DNA of 64,000 nt from Gammaproteobacteria bacterium (GCA_026706595.1 JAPOYL010000011.1:146946-210945), one strand, 5' to 3'. Positions 42,819-52,990 are shown, counted from the stretch's first letter. Numbers and translations: made by a program. Notes: generated by a model from the letters alone, not told the origin.

Positions 42819-43850
42819 TCAAGGAACCTGGTCCCAGCACTCCTTCAGAGCTTTCTCACTGGAGAGGGACGGGATGCCAGGAACCGGGAGATCGGTGACT
42901 AGCGTCACACCCGTATCAGTGAACCCCAGACCGGGCGTGTTTTCTGGCCTTCTGCCCGTTCTGACGAACTCGATCACGGCTTCGACACCGAGCGACGCCA
43001 TCCTGACGGGGTACTGCATGGCGGTTGCCCCGATCGCCCCGGCGGCGACGTCGCGCACCCCGTGGCAGCTGCCGTCAACCGTCACGATCATCACGTCCTT
43101 CTCCATACCCAGCGCCTTGAGCGCCGCATAGGCACCAGTCGCCGCTGGCTCGTTGATCGCGTAGGCTACATCGATCCCCGGGTACATGCGCATCAGAGCA
43201 TCCATGGCAACCCGTCCGCCTTCTTCCGTGCCCCACGTTCTGGCGCTGCCAACGATACGGGGGTCGTCTTCATCCTGCATCTTCCCCTGGTCACGGATGT
43301 CGATGCCGAAGCCCCGAAGAAACCCCTGGTTGCGCAGCACATCCACCGTGATCTGGGCTTCGTACCCGTCCAGCGTGGCAATCCGTGCACGTTTCGCCGA
43401 ATCCCCCAGCCTCGCCATCGCCCACAGGCCGATCAGCTCACCGGCCCTGAAATTGTCTGTCGCGAAGGTCGCATCTACCGACCCTGACGGGTCGAACGGA
43501 GTGTCGAGCGCAACCACCATCACACCGGCTTCCCGCGCCCTGGCGACGACATCCGCAAGTACCGCAGGGTCCGAAGGCGTGATCAGGATTCCCTTCGCGC
43601 CCGCGTTTACGAGACTCTCTATCGCCTCGATCTGCGTCTGCGTGTCCCCGTCATAGGCACCCGAGAAGGTGCGCAGCTCGATACCGAGCGCGCCGGCTTT
43701 CTCAAGCGCTGCCTGTTTCATAGTCACGAAAAACGGGTTGGTGTTGGTCTTGACGATCAGCCCGACGATCGGCTCGGCCGCTATCCCATGAGAGGCAGAC
43801 AGCACGCATGCCAGTACGGGGGCAAAAAAGAGACGGTTCAGGGAGGACAT
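42819..43850 (-). CDS. Sugar ABC transporter substrate-binding protein (FrcB-like)
   Basis: Signal peptide, KTNTNPFFV, ALDTP, FATDNFRAGELIG, INEPAA, VDGSC, ATAMQYP. Confidence 0.88.
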   Translation of the reverse strand: MSSLNRLFFAPVLACVLSASHGIAAEPIVGLIVKTNTNPFFVTMKQAALEKAGALGIELRTFSGAYDGDTQTQIEAIESLVNAGAKGILITPSDPAVLADVVARAREAGVMVVALDTPFDPSGSVDATFATDNFRAGELIGLWAMARLGDSAKRARIATLDGYEAQITVDVLRNQGFLRGFGIDIRDQGKMQDEDDPRIVGSARTWGTEEGGRVAMDALMRMYPGIDVAYAINEPAATGAYAALKALGMEKDVMIVTVDGSCHGVRDVAAGAIGATAMQYPVRMASLGVEAVIEFVRTGRRPENTPGLGFTDTGVTLVTDLPVPGIPSLSSEKALKECWDQVP

Positions 43851-43907
43851 CGCGTTGCCCCTGGTGATGCGTGGCCGTTGAATCTGGAGTTTCGACATGT
43901 CCAACGG

Positions 43908-44228
43908 TCAAAGATGAATTTCCATGATCCACTCGCGATAGCCGCCTGGCATGTCCGGGGAGGTGCGGGGGTCCGGATCCCTATATACGCCTGCCTTGTC
44001 AGCCAGTTGTGCCGGCAGGGCCCAGTGGACACCTTCCATCATTTTGGTCATGGCCTCGTCGGTGGTTGCGCGAACATGCAGCTGCAGCAGGTGCTCGCTG
44101 TACGCCAGACGGCGGTAATGAATGCACCGGTGCGTCCCGGGCGGGACCTCGTCGGAAGGATATACCTGGACCCCGGGCAGGGTTTTCTGCAAACGTTCCA
44201 GCAGGGCCTGTTCATCAAAAGCACTCAT
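43908..44228 (-). CDS. Hypothetical protein, weakly phage tail-terminator-like
   Basis: 106 aa; L...L.G..VYP..P....I.Y......LQLHVRA pattern; diverged partial copy at 45941-46046. Confidence 0.5.
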   Translation of the reverse strand: MSAFDEQALLERLQKTLPGVQVYPSDEVPPGTHRCIHYRRLAYSEHLLQLHVRATTDEAMTKMMEGVHWALPAQLADKAGVYRDPDPRTSPDMPGGYREWIMEIHL

Positions 44229-44422
44229 TAGTCAAGTCTGGCAGTTTTTTGGTAGGCTTGCTCTTCAGGAAAACCTTCAGCTCGGGCTTTCAGGTGTCTG
44301 GCAGGTTGATCAGTAGTGCTGTCCTGCGCCGATTGTGCATCTATCCTGGTCTCGAACTGATCCACCACACTACACATCCAGCCTGTTGCACCTGTCAGGC
44401 ACAGACCGTCGCAGATGTTCCT

Positions 44423-44572
44423 ATGAACGGGTTCTGCTCTGTTAAGCATTATCCTGGCGCTGATTGTCCTTGTGATCATCATGCGGGCCCTGTGATTGGT
44501 GCCAGATTGATTCTGGAATTGCTCGGCTTCGGGTCACCGTGGCCTTGCCCCTGTCCAGTCCGGCAGGACTGA
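44423..44572 (+). pseudogene. Frameshifted paralog of the 47105-47275 small membrane protein
   Basis: Nucleotide similarity to the reverse complement of 47135-47275; TM segment ALLSIILALIVLVII is out of frame with the ATG. Confidence 0.55.
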
Positions 44573-44620
44573 ATTCGTGGAGTATGACAATGTGGAAACA
44601 TGGTAATAAGCTGGTCGTAG

Positions 44621-44866
44621 CTACACCTCTCGCTGTATCTGATAATTCGAAGTAGTGAAACAGTCTCTACAACAAAAGTAGCAGCCATCGGCTTGAATAC
44701 AGTACTGGTATGCTTTTGAAACTGCTGGATGGCACGAATCAAATTTCCCCAGATATTTTCTGCGACTCCACTTGGGTAGAAATCGGCATCCCTTTCTGTG
44801 CACCTTATGGATGTCGGCTTCCAGTAATGGATACTTATCCATATAGTATTTGGCTGAGCTATCCAT
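44621..44866 (-). CDS. Small Cys/His-rich hypothetical protein
   Basis: H.VH..GC..LP......YLG.F..C..AV..A......DGCYFCCRDC pattern of a small metal-binding family. Confidence 0.65.
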   Translation of the reverse strand: MDSSAKYYMDKYPLLEADIHKVHRKGCRFLPKWSRRKYLGKFDSCHPAVSKAYQYCIQADGCYFCCRDCFTTSNYQIQREV

Positions 44867-45091
44867 GATCGAATGAGAACAGCCTGAAACGTATGCGCGA
44901 CTGCCAATTGCATTCTAGCCTATATCCAGATCAGAAGCGGATGTGATGAGGTAGGTCACCGGGCCGGTAACAACAAGCCCTCTATCCCTATATTGCAAGT
45001 GGATATGCTGCCAGATTGCACCCCGTGTGGATTGCCGCGGCTGTTGCCTGTACCATGACTCTTTCACCAACAATCCGTGAAGGACCCGACC

Positions 45092-45940
45092 ATGTACCGA
45101 ACCCCTTGTCTCTCCGTGCTGCTGGCCTGCATGCTGCTCACCGCCTGTGGCGGCAGTCCCAGGCATAAGCCGCCCGATACCCCGGAATACCATGCCATCC
45201 AGGACTATGAACGCATTGCCGGAGGAGCCATCCTTCTGCTTTCCACAGACCGCATCAACTGGGTTCCGGGACGAAGCCAGCCGGAACGGGTGTCCGTGGA
45301 ATGCAAGGGGCTGTACTGCTCGGTGGGGTACTCGGCGTTCATCCGTGCAAACAAGGTGTACAGCCTGGTGCCCGAGAGGATAACAATCTTTGCAGACACC
45401 AACGGCATCAACACGGGCACCGAGCGAACCATCGACCCTTTCTATGACCTGCACAGCTATGCGGGGTGGATGAAGTACAGCTTCTTCGCATCCACGGTCG
45501 TACAGTACAAGCACGAGATCGACCCCGATCAGGGCGTAATCCAGACGTACGGCACCATTGCCGGCGACGCGACCATGACCAACCCCGTCACCGAAGCTAC
45601 CTGGACCGGCTTTGCGACGGCCAGGGATCATAACATCGCAACGGATTTGGAATCCGTGGTGGTCGGTGATGCCAGCATATCCGTGCACATCGACGATGAG
45701 GTGCTGGCGGACGTTCGCTTGACGGGCCTGGCCAATACCGCAACCGGGCAGGCGTATGCCGATATGATCTTTGAGGGCATGTCCGTGACGGACGGGGAGT
45801 TCAGCCGCTACCATGCCGACGACAACCGCCTGTCGGGGGCCTTCTTCGGTCCCGCCCACGAGGAAGTGGGCGGCGTGTTCGATCATCCTGAAGGACTGGT
45901 TGGGGCGTATGGCGCAGATCGGGACCCAGCTTCAAACTGA
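45092..45940 (+). CDS. Lipoprotein with TbpB-like C-terminal beta-barrel (Slam-dependent type)
   Basis: Lipobox LLTAC; ATWTG, GAFFGPAHEEVGGVF, LVGAYGADR; GAAGGA RBS. Confidence 0.8.
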   Translation: MYRTPCLSVLLACMLLTACGGSPRHKPPDTPEYHAIQDYERIAGGAILLLSTDRINWVPGRSQPERVSVECKGLYCSVGYSAFIRANKVYSLVPERITIFADTNGINTGTERTIDPFYDLHSYAGWMKYSFFASTVVQYKHEIDPDQGVIQTYGTIAGDATMTNPVTEATWTGFATARDHNIATDLESVVVGDASISVHIDDEVLADVRLTGLANTATGQAYADMIFEGMSVTDGEFSRYHADDNRLSGAFFGPAHEEVGGVFDHPEGLVGAYGADRDPASN

Positions 45941-46046
45941 GGCATCCAGGCATCGCAGGCGGGACCTGGCCGGAAAGATATACCGGGACCCCGGGCAGGG
46001 TTTCCTGCAGACGTTCAAACAGGACCAGCTCGTCAAAAGCGCTCAT
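45941..46046 (-). pseudogene. Truncated paralog of the 43908-44228 gene
   Basis: MSAFDELVLFERLQETLPGVPVYLSGQVPP versus MSAFDEQALLERLQKTLPGVQVYPSDEVPP; cut off at the lipoprotein 3' end. Confidence 0.7.
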
Positions 46047-46082
46047 CCGTCAAACCGGGTGATTTGGGTATAGCATCTCGCC

Positions 46083-46955
46083 TCAGGGAACCCTGTCCTG
46101 CCGGTTGCAGCACCCTTGTATGGCCCCGGCAACAATCCCTGCATCGCGTGCAGCCCGCACCTTTGCTCCAGGCACGAACAGGACCGCAAGGAGCAGGTTC
46201 AGAATGGCCTTCAGCAACATGAAGATGAGCCACACAGGTGTTTTCACGGGATGGAAGTGCGAGATTTCCAGGTGCCTGAATTGAAACCCGTACCGGACCA
46301 TGCCCTTATCCCTCGCTCGCCTGAAACGGTACCATGCATCATCAAATTTAGTGCCACCCCCAATTTCCACGATGGCATCCAGGAGCACTCCTGCCAGAGC
46401 CCCGGTTGCCACGCACTCCAGGCCGAACTGGACATCCTCTCCCACGGGCAAGCTGACATTGTAACGGAGGCCGTGTTCTCTCAAGAACGCCATCTCGAAA
46501 ATGGCGTTGGTGCCATGGTGCAGCCTGCGCCTGGAAGGCTTGCGGTTGTTCGGGTAGATGTTGAAGCCATAGCCAATGGTACAGCCTCGGTTTTTGCATC
46601 CCTGGTAGAGTCTGTCGACCCAGCCTCTGGATGTTGGCAGATCATCATCGTCAATCCAAATCAGCCAGTCTGCCCCGATGCGATTCGCAATATCCAGCAC
46701 GCGATTGCGTGCAAAGGGAATGCCGATCTTGGGCTCAAGCTCCAGATGGACATTTCTCCCCTGCGCAAAATTGTCAACCGACCCCCCCACTGAAAGCGCA
46801 CTGTCATTTTCAACGAAAATGAAAAGCAGTTCTGTCCCCGCCGGGATGTTTTGTTCGGCCAGCTCGGCCAGCAATGCGACGAACTGCCTGGGTCTGCGGT
46901 GGGTGATGACCCCGATTGCGAGGCGGGCACGGATCATTTTGGAAATCTGTGGCAT
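46083..46955 (-). CDS. Glycosyltransferase family 2 protein
   Basis: IGVITHRRP, VEND, EPKIGIPFARN, WIDDDD, GED. Confidence 0.85.
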   Translation of the reverse strand: MPQISKMIRARLAIGVITHRRPRQFVALLAELAEQNIPAGTELLFIFVENDSALSVGGSVDNFAQGRNVHLELEPKIGIPFARNRVLDIANRIGADWLIWIDDDDLPTSRGWVDRLYQGCKNRGCTIGYGFNIYPNNRKPSRRRLHHGTNAIFEMAFLREHGLRYNVSLPVGEDVQFGLECVATGALAGVLLDAIVEIGGGTKFDDAWYRFRRARDKGMVRYGFQFRHLEISHFHPVKTPVWLIFMLLKAILNLLLAVLFVPGAKVRAARDAGIVAGAIQGCCNRQDRVP

Positions 46956-47104
46956 ATGAAGTTATGTGAGGCTTGCGGCCCGGCCAAGGGAACACGTCTC
47001 CGGGAACCCTTCTTGGGGAGGCGGGCGTCGTGGCGTGTCAAACTCTCCCCTGGTTGGCCGACTGGAAATTTCAAACAGGTACACTCCCGGTGCAGATGGA
47101 CAGG

Positions 47105-47275
47105 TTACCAGCGCGTGCTTTCGTCTTTGTTTGCTGAACCGGGCAGGGCAGGGGCACGGCGGCCCGAAGCCGAGTGACTCCAGAGCCAGTCAAACACCGG
47201 CCCCAGCGCCCACGCAATGGCGACAAGGGCGATCAGCACTAGGATGATGGTCAACAGTGCGAGGAGTCCATTCAT
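47105..47275 (-). CDS. Small single-TM protein (56 aa)
   Basis: Manual translation MNGLLALLTIILVLIALVAIAWALGPVFDWLWSHSASGRRAPALPGSANKDESTRW. Confidence 0.5.
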   Translation of the reverse strand: MNGLLALLTIILVLIALVAIAWALGPVFDWLWSHSASGRRAPALPGSANKDESTRW

Positions 47276-47336
47276 GGGTTCAGCTATAAAAGTCTATGCC
47301 TGGAAATGAGAAACTGTTCCCTCTATTCTCAGGATT

Positions 47337-48440
47337 TCACTTGGCGAGCCAAGCATTGAAGCGCTGGTCAAGTTCGGCCCGGTAATCGGCCCACCAGACG
47401 TAGTCAAACTTCAGGACCGTCTTGCTGTTTTCTGGATCGGTAGGCATGTGTGGCTTCATGTCGATGCCAAGCTCGGCATGCCTGCTCACCAGTGGCGCGG
47501 AAGAATGGCGGGCGGGCCCGTAAGAGATGTATTTTGCCTGGTCGGCCAGGCGCTGGGTACCGGTGGCAAATCTCAGATAGGCTTTAACTGCTTCCAGATC
47601 TTTCACCCCTTTGGGCACCACCCAGCCGCCCAGGTCAAAGGCCTGCCAGTCCCACAGCATCGCGATCGGCTGGTTCTTTTCTGCAATGGCGGAAAACAGC
47701 CGACCGTTGTAGGCAGAGGCGATCACGACCTCGCCGTCGGCCAGCAGCTGCGGCGGCTGTGCGCCCTTTGACCACCAGACGACGTGCTCCTTGATGGTGT
47801 CCAGTTTCGCAAATGCCCGGTCCACGCCCTCCGGCGTACTCAGCACCGCGTACACCTCATCGCTCGGGACCCCATCGGCAATCAGGGCCCATTCCAGATT
47901 GTTGATCGGTTTTTTCTCCAGCCCACGTTTGCCCGGAAAGGTCTCGAGGTCAAAGACGTCTGCGAGGGTGGAAGGCTGCCTGCCCTGGAATGCATCTGTG
48001 CGGTACCCGAAGGTGGTGGAATAGACGATCTGCGGGACAAAGCAGTTGGTCCCGCCCGGCGTCAGCGTGCCGGCAAAGAAGTCTTCAGAGGCCGGGGTGC
48101 CGTCGGGAGCGGGGGCCAGCCAGGTGTCCGGGTCGACCTCCTCGACCAGGCCCTCGTCGCATGCGGTGATCGCATCGGAGGCCACCATGTCGACCAGGTC
48201 CCAGGTGACACTGCCCGACTCGACCTGTGCGCGGACCTTGGCGAGCCCTTCCGCCCCGGAATCATCACTGATGATCCGGACTTCCGGGTTTTCAGCCAGG
48301 TAAGGGTCGTGATAGGCCTTTTGCTGGCTCGCGGTGTAGGCGCCGCCCCAGGACACGATGGTCAGGTCGATGGCATATGAATTTCCGGCTAGCAACACTG
48401 TACCCGCAACTACTGCGACCACACGCAAGAACTGTTTCAT
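47337..48440 (-). CDS. ABC transporter substrate-binding protein (PotD/PotF-like)
   Basis: Signal peptide, VSWGGAYT..Q, FDLETFPGKRGL, LEWALIADGV, QLLADGEV, YNGR; GAGGAG RBS. Confidence 0.9.
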   Translation of the reverse strand: MKQFLRVVAVVAGTVLLAGNSYAIDLTIVSWGGAYTASQQKAYHDPYLAENPEVRIISDDSGAEGLAKVRAQVESGSVTWDLVDMVASDAITACDEGLVEEVDPDTWLAPAPDGTPASEDFFAGTLTPGGTNCFVPQIVYSTTFGYRTDAFQGRQPSTLADVFDLETFPGKRGLEKKPINNLEWALIADGVPSDEVYAVLSTPEGVDRAFAKLDTIKEHVVWWSKGAQPPQLLADGEVVIASAYNGRLFSAIAEKNQPIAMLWDWQAFDLGGWVVPKGVKDLEAVKAYLRFATGTQRLADQAKYISYGPARHSSAPLVSRHAELGIDMKPHMPTDPENSKTVLKFDYVWWADYRAELDQRFNAWLAK

Positions 48441-48535
48441 GGGACACTCCTCGTTAGAGCTTGGTGAAAAATTTTCTTGAACAGTATACCCTCTAATAAC
48501 TCACCTTTCGTACTCATATGCTACGGGGTATCAAT

Positions 48536-49915
48536 ATGATGAATAACAATAATACGCTCACACTGATCTGCACCCTGATCCTTTTCCTGCTGCTTTCTCC
48601 CTTTGCAATCGCCGGAGGTGCGGTTGAGGACGAGACCGAGGCCTTGAAACAAAAGATCGGGCACCTGGAGCAGGAGCTCGCCGAGGTGCGCAAGAAGCTC
48701 GCCGAGGCCGAGGCCCAGAATGCTGCGCAGGCTGCCGTCAGCGAAGCGCCTGCGGTGCAACCCGTGCCGGGTCCCGTGAAAATCGGCGGCACCTTCGGCA
48801 TCAATTACGCCTACGGGGACTATGACAGCGGGCACCGCAGGAACGAGGACCTCGGGGACGTCGACCTTGAACTCTTCCGCCTGAACGCGGACCTGGACGC
48901 CGACGGATGGATCGGCCGGGTCGAGTACCGGTGGTATGACACCTACAGCATGATGCACACGGCCTGGCTCGGCTATGCGTCGGACCGCTACGGCACGCTC
49001 AAGGCCGGCATCGTGCGCGTGCCTTTCGGGCCCGGACCGTACGGGGTCTCGACCAGCTGGTTTTTCGACCAGCATTTCTACATCGGGCTGTCCGATGACA
49101 TGGACCTGGGCATCCGCTGGACCAAGTCGTACGGCGATCTTGAAGTGGATCTCGCCTATTATCTCCAGGACGAGGGGGAATGGGACGGCGCCAGCCGCGA
49201 CAGCTCCCGCTACAGCTATGACCCCGTGACCTGGGATGAGCACGTCGATGCCGAGGGCGATGTCACCTGGGGTGCAGGCGAGAACGGCTTTGAGGAAGAC
49301 GGCCAGCTCAACCTTCGCATGATCTACGCCACCGAGCACTTCGGAGACCTGGGCGCATCCTTCCAGTATGGCTGGCTGGAGGGCAAGAACGTCGAGGACA
49401 GCGGTGCCGACCATTTTGCTGTTTCTGCGCATGCAGAAAACACCTTCGGGGACTTCACGCTGCTGTCGCAGCTTTCCTACTACGAGTACGACATCACGGA
49501 TGATACGCCATGGGGAACAGGCGATCTGATCCCCATGGGGGCCTATGACTTCGCCTGGCTGGTGGCTTCCGAGGGATGGATCCCCGCCGTGTCGCTTCGC
49601 TACCACGGCATCGACACGTCCGGCATCCCCTGGATCGACAGCATCATGCCCTTTATCGAGTGGAGCACCATCCTCAAGGAAGAAAGCGACTTCAACGACA
49701 GTACCCTGTGGAGCCTTGGGGCCCTGATGTACTGGGACCAGCTGTACATCTATGCCGAACTCGGGATCTCCGACGGCAACAACTTCGTTGGCGGCGAGGG
49801 CGATGTCTATTCCAACATCTACGATGGTGTTGGTGACGTGGGTGCCAACGGAAACGACCGCTGGAACAAGCGCTTCAACATCAACGTGCGCTACTACTTC
49901 AGCCTGTTCGAATAG
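48536..49915 (+). CDS. Putative outer-membrane porin with N-terminal coiled coil
   Basis: Signal peptide, coiled coil, aromatic/Gly-rich amphipathic strands, terminal RFNINVRYYF. Confidence 0.72.
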   Translation: MMNNNNTLTLICTLILFLLLSPFAIAGGAVEDETEALKQKIGHLEQELAEVRKKLAEAEAQNAAQAAVSEAPAVQPVPGPVKIGGTFGINYAYGDYDSGHRRNEDLGDVDLELFRLNADLDADGWIGRVEYRWYDTYSMMHTAWLGYASDRYGTLKAGIVRVPFGPGPYGVSTSWFFDQHFYIGLSDDMDLGIRWTKSYGDLEVDLAYYLQDEGEWDGASRDSSRYSYDPVTWDEHVDAEGDVTWGAGENGFEEDGQLNLRMIYATEHFGDLGASFQYGWLEGKNVEDSGADHFAVSAHAENTFGDFTLLSQLSYYEYDITDDTPWGTGDLIPMGAYDFAWLVASEGWIPAVSLRYHGIDTSGIPWIDSIMPFIEWSTILKEESDFNDSTLWSLGALMYWDQLYIYAELGISDGNNFVGGEGDVYSNIYDGVGDVGANGNDRWNKRFNINVRYYFSLFE

Positions 49916-50104
49916 CAGTCCTGGATGGCGCCGGGGCATGAGGCTTGTCAGGAGGCCGGCAGGCACTGGGGTCGTTTCTCCGGGAATTCCTGCTGTACTG
50001 CCCGGGTGTATGACAGATATGCAACGGGATGTTCATCTCACTGATGCGGTGGAGCAAAGGCCGGTCTCCACCGCCCTGCCGGGCCTGGAAGGGGCTCCCA
50101 ACGC

Positions 50105-52990
50105 CTAGAACCGCACCCCGACATTGAGCCGTGCGGCATAGGCCTGGCTGTCGGCGTTGGCGCGGTGCCACGCCAGGGCGGACTCGAGCACCCACGGCCC
50201 GTACTCCCAGAGCAGCCCTGCCGACAGGTGCACGCGGTTCTGCTCGGGGGTGGCCTCAAGCGTCTCGCCGGAGACCGTGGCGCGGGTGTCGGTATCACGA
50301 AACGCGTGCTCCAGGTGCAGTGCACCCCACAGCACGCCCTGGCCCCCTGCCGCCCCATAGGTGCGATCGGCCATCAGCCCCAGGCTGGCGCGGTAGCGCT
50401 CGGTCTGCGGGAACGACACCCGCGCGCCCACGGCATCGGTGAAGCGCTCGACCGAGAGCCGGGTGTGGTGCAGGCGCAGATGCGGGCTCCAGTGCACGCC
50501 CGCGCCCCAGTGCAGGCGATGCCCGGTCTCGACCCGCAGGTCCATGCGCTCGGCCTCCACCCCCGAGACCAGCCGCCCGACGGTGTCCGAGGAGGCCTCC
50601 AGGGTGTAGTCCGTCCAGGCGGCCCGCCCGGTGGCATAGCTGCCGTTGCCATGGTGATAGTGCGCATCGAGCGACAGGCCCTTGCCGCGGGCACGGAGGT
50701 CGCCGCCCCGGACCGGTGAGGACACGTCCGCCGTTGCCGAGACGTGGTGCACCGAGGCACGGACCCGGTGGTGGCGGCCCTGCAGGATCTGGCCACCGGC
50801 CCGCACGACGAGGTGCTCGGCATCAAAGTGCGCGCCTACGGTGGAGCGTGCCGGGTCGTGCTCGCCGGTGCTGGCGGACAGTTCCATCCAGACCGGCAGG
50901 TCGGGGGTGCGCAGGCTGTGGAGGGCCCCGGCCTGCGTGTGCAGGCCGAGCAGGAACTCCGGCAGCGCCTCGTACAGCGCCGCACGCGGCGCATACGTCT
51001 CCACCAGTACCGGACCCGCAGGCTCCGCAGGTTCGAACTCGGGTATAGACCCGGATCCGGGTTCCGGCGCAGGTTCGGGCGGACCGGGATCGGGCGGCGG
51101 AGGTGGCGGAGGTGGCGGAGGTGATGGCGTGGTGCAGTTGGGCGGGGTGCCCACCATACCGGCCGGGCACCGGGCTACCATCGCTACCTCCATGAAGTCC
51201 TCTGCATTGAAGTCGCGGTCGGCGATCACGCCCGCGGCCCGCGCGCTGAAGGTCCACGGGTCCGTGCTGCGGTCACTCACCTTCACGCCTTGCGCCTGCA
51301 TCGTCACATCCCATGCCCCGTTGCGGGCCACCGCATTCGCCACCACGCCCGTATCCGCATCGTGAAGCTTCTCGCCATTGACGTAAATGGCCGTGCCGCC
51401 GCCATCGTTGAGGATCCAGCCCCCGCCCAGGGCCGCGGCCAGCCAGTTGCCGGTCCCCGCCATCTGCGCCCCGCCGGGGTTCAGGTCCACCCGCAGCTTG
51501 GGCGCGATCGCCGCCATGCTCTCGTCGATGCCGATGGTCTGCGGATCGTCTGCCACCGCGGGTACGGTGCCCGTGGCCAGGATGGCGATGTCCGAACCGG
51601 ACGTGATGCTGCCTGAAGGCCCGAGGATGACCCGCCCGCCGCCCGCCAGGAACACCCCTTCGGCCGCACTCGTGATCGCACCGTTCACCGTCACCGTCTG
51701 GCGGCGGTAGCCGTTGGCATCCAGGCCCGCGACACGACCCGGGGCATCGCCGCTGAGCCTGCCCATCTGCACCCCCCGGGCGCCCGCACCGCTGACGGTG
51801 ATCGGGCCGCGGAGCGCAATGTCGATATCCCCGGTCCCTTCATGCAGCCCGTAGATGCCGTGGGAATATGCCCCAGCTGTGGTAATGGAGCCATCCTGTA
51901 CATCGATATCAACATTACCGGTACCCGAATTGTATCCTTGAATGCCATAGGAAGCGGTCTGTCCCTGATCATTGGTGGCAGTGCTTTCCGTGCGGATTGT
52001 GCTGTCCCGCACATCGATAATGACGTCACCCGAAACCGTGGCCAGTCCTTCGCGTCCAGTGTAAATGCCGTAACTGCCTCTGCCCGTGGTGACAATGGTG
52101 CTGCTGTCCTTCACTGTGGTTCGGGCATCACCCCGACCCACGGCACGAGTGTTCCAGATTCCCCGTCCTGCCGACGTGATCGTGCTGCCCTGGAGGCTCA
52201 ATGACGAGTCAAATTCCTCAGCATCGGTGGTTTGGCCTTGCTGCTGCTGGTAGACACCGATGCGCGATGCATTGATGGCGGTGCCAGCCAACAGGTCGAT
52301 TGTGACATTGCCCTTCACGTAGTGTTCGACAGCGATCCCATCCCCCTCGGTATCCCCCTGCGCACGGATCGCGCTCGCAGACTCCAAGGTGACCTCAACA
52401 TTCCCCTCGCCATCATGTGTGATGCGAATCCCCCGGGACCGCCTGCCGCTGACATCGATGATTGCCCTCTCCCTCAGTTTGACCTCGATATCCCCGCTGC
52501 CGGGAGTGGAAAACGTACCATGGTGGGCAAAGATTCCATGGGCTTGCAAGCCGGTGGTGGTGATGGTGCTTTCCGACGGGTTTTCCATACCGTTTGATGA
52601 GACATCGATGGTGATATCGCCCATGCCCGTATGCTCGGCTTGGATGCCGTATGCGGAGCTGCCCGTGGTGGCAATGGTGCTTATGGCCTGTGGGGTTTCC
52701 GTACCGCCAGAGGTGATATTGATGGTGATGTCACCGGTGCCCTCATGCTTGCCATGAATTCCAGATACATTATTGGCCATCGTGTCAATGTCGACATTTT
52801 CTCCGTTAATGCTGATGCTGTCGGTGGAAGAAGCCCCCTTCGTGCATTTGAGCCAATACGTTCCGCTGCTTGGCACAGCGTCGGAATCGCTGCACACCTG
52901 AACCTCCGATGCCTGCATGTCACCCAGGGCAAGCATGGTGACCCCGACCAAGATCCGCATGGCAGGACGTATCCTGCAGGCGTGGGTCAT
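50105..52990 (-). CDS. Autotransporter (type Va) with beta-helical passenger and Pro-rich linker
   Basis: Repeats ITTTG..A.GI.A.H.G.GDI.I, poly-Pro linker, YAPRAALYEALP, C-terminal barrel ending VGVRF; true start may be 53043 across a C9 tract. Confidence 0.88.
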   Translation of the reverse strand: MTHACRIRPAMRILVGVTMLALGDMQASEVQVCSDSDAVPSSGTYWLKCTKGASSTDSISINGENVDIDTMANNVSGIHGKHEGTGDITINITSGGTETPQAISTIATTGSSAYGIQAEHTGMGDITIDVSSNGMENPSESTITTTGLQAHGIFAHHGTFSTPGSGDIEVKLRERAIIDVSGRRSRGIRITHDGEGNVEVTLESASAIRAQGDTEGDGIAVEHYVKGNVTIDLLAGTAINASRIGVYQQQQGQTTDAEEFDSSLSLQGSTITSAGRGIWNTRAVGRGDARTTVKDSSTIVTTGRGSYGIYTGREGLATVSGDVIIDVRDSTIRTESTATNDQGQTASYGIQGYNSGTGNVDIDVQDGSITTAGAYSHGIYGLHEGTGDIDIALRGPITVSGAGARGVQMGRLSGDAPGRVAGLDANGYRRQTVTVNGAITSAAEGVFLAGGGRVILGPSGSITSGSDIAILATGTVPAVADDPQTIGIDESMAAIAPKLRVDLNPGGAQMAGTGNWLAAALGGGWILNDGGGTAIYVNGEKLHDADTGVVANAVARNGAWDVTMQAQGVKVSDRSTDPWTFSARAAGVIADRDFNAEDFMEVAMVARCPAGMVGTPPNCTTPSPPPPPPPPPPDPGPPEPAPEPGSGSIPEFEPAEPAGPVLVETYAPRAALYEALPEFLLGLHTQAGALHSLRTPDLPVWMELSASTGEHDPARSTVGAHFDAEHLVVRAGGQILQGRHHRVRASVHHVSATADVSSPVRGGDLRARGKGLSLDAHYHHGNGSYATGRAAWTDYTLEASSDTVGRLVSGVEAERMDLRVETGHRLHWGAGVHWSPHLRLHHTRLSVERFTDAVGARVSFPQTERYRASLGLMADRTYGAAGGQGVLWGALHLEHAFRDTDTRATVSGETLEATPEQNRVHLSAGLLWEYGPWVLESALAWHRANADSQAYAARLNVGVRF

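Noticed and set aside
48521-49966. 481-aa minus-strand ORF
   Set aside because: Antisense shadow of the GC-rich porin gene; the same applies to the many long antisense ORFs over core genes.
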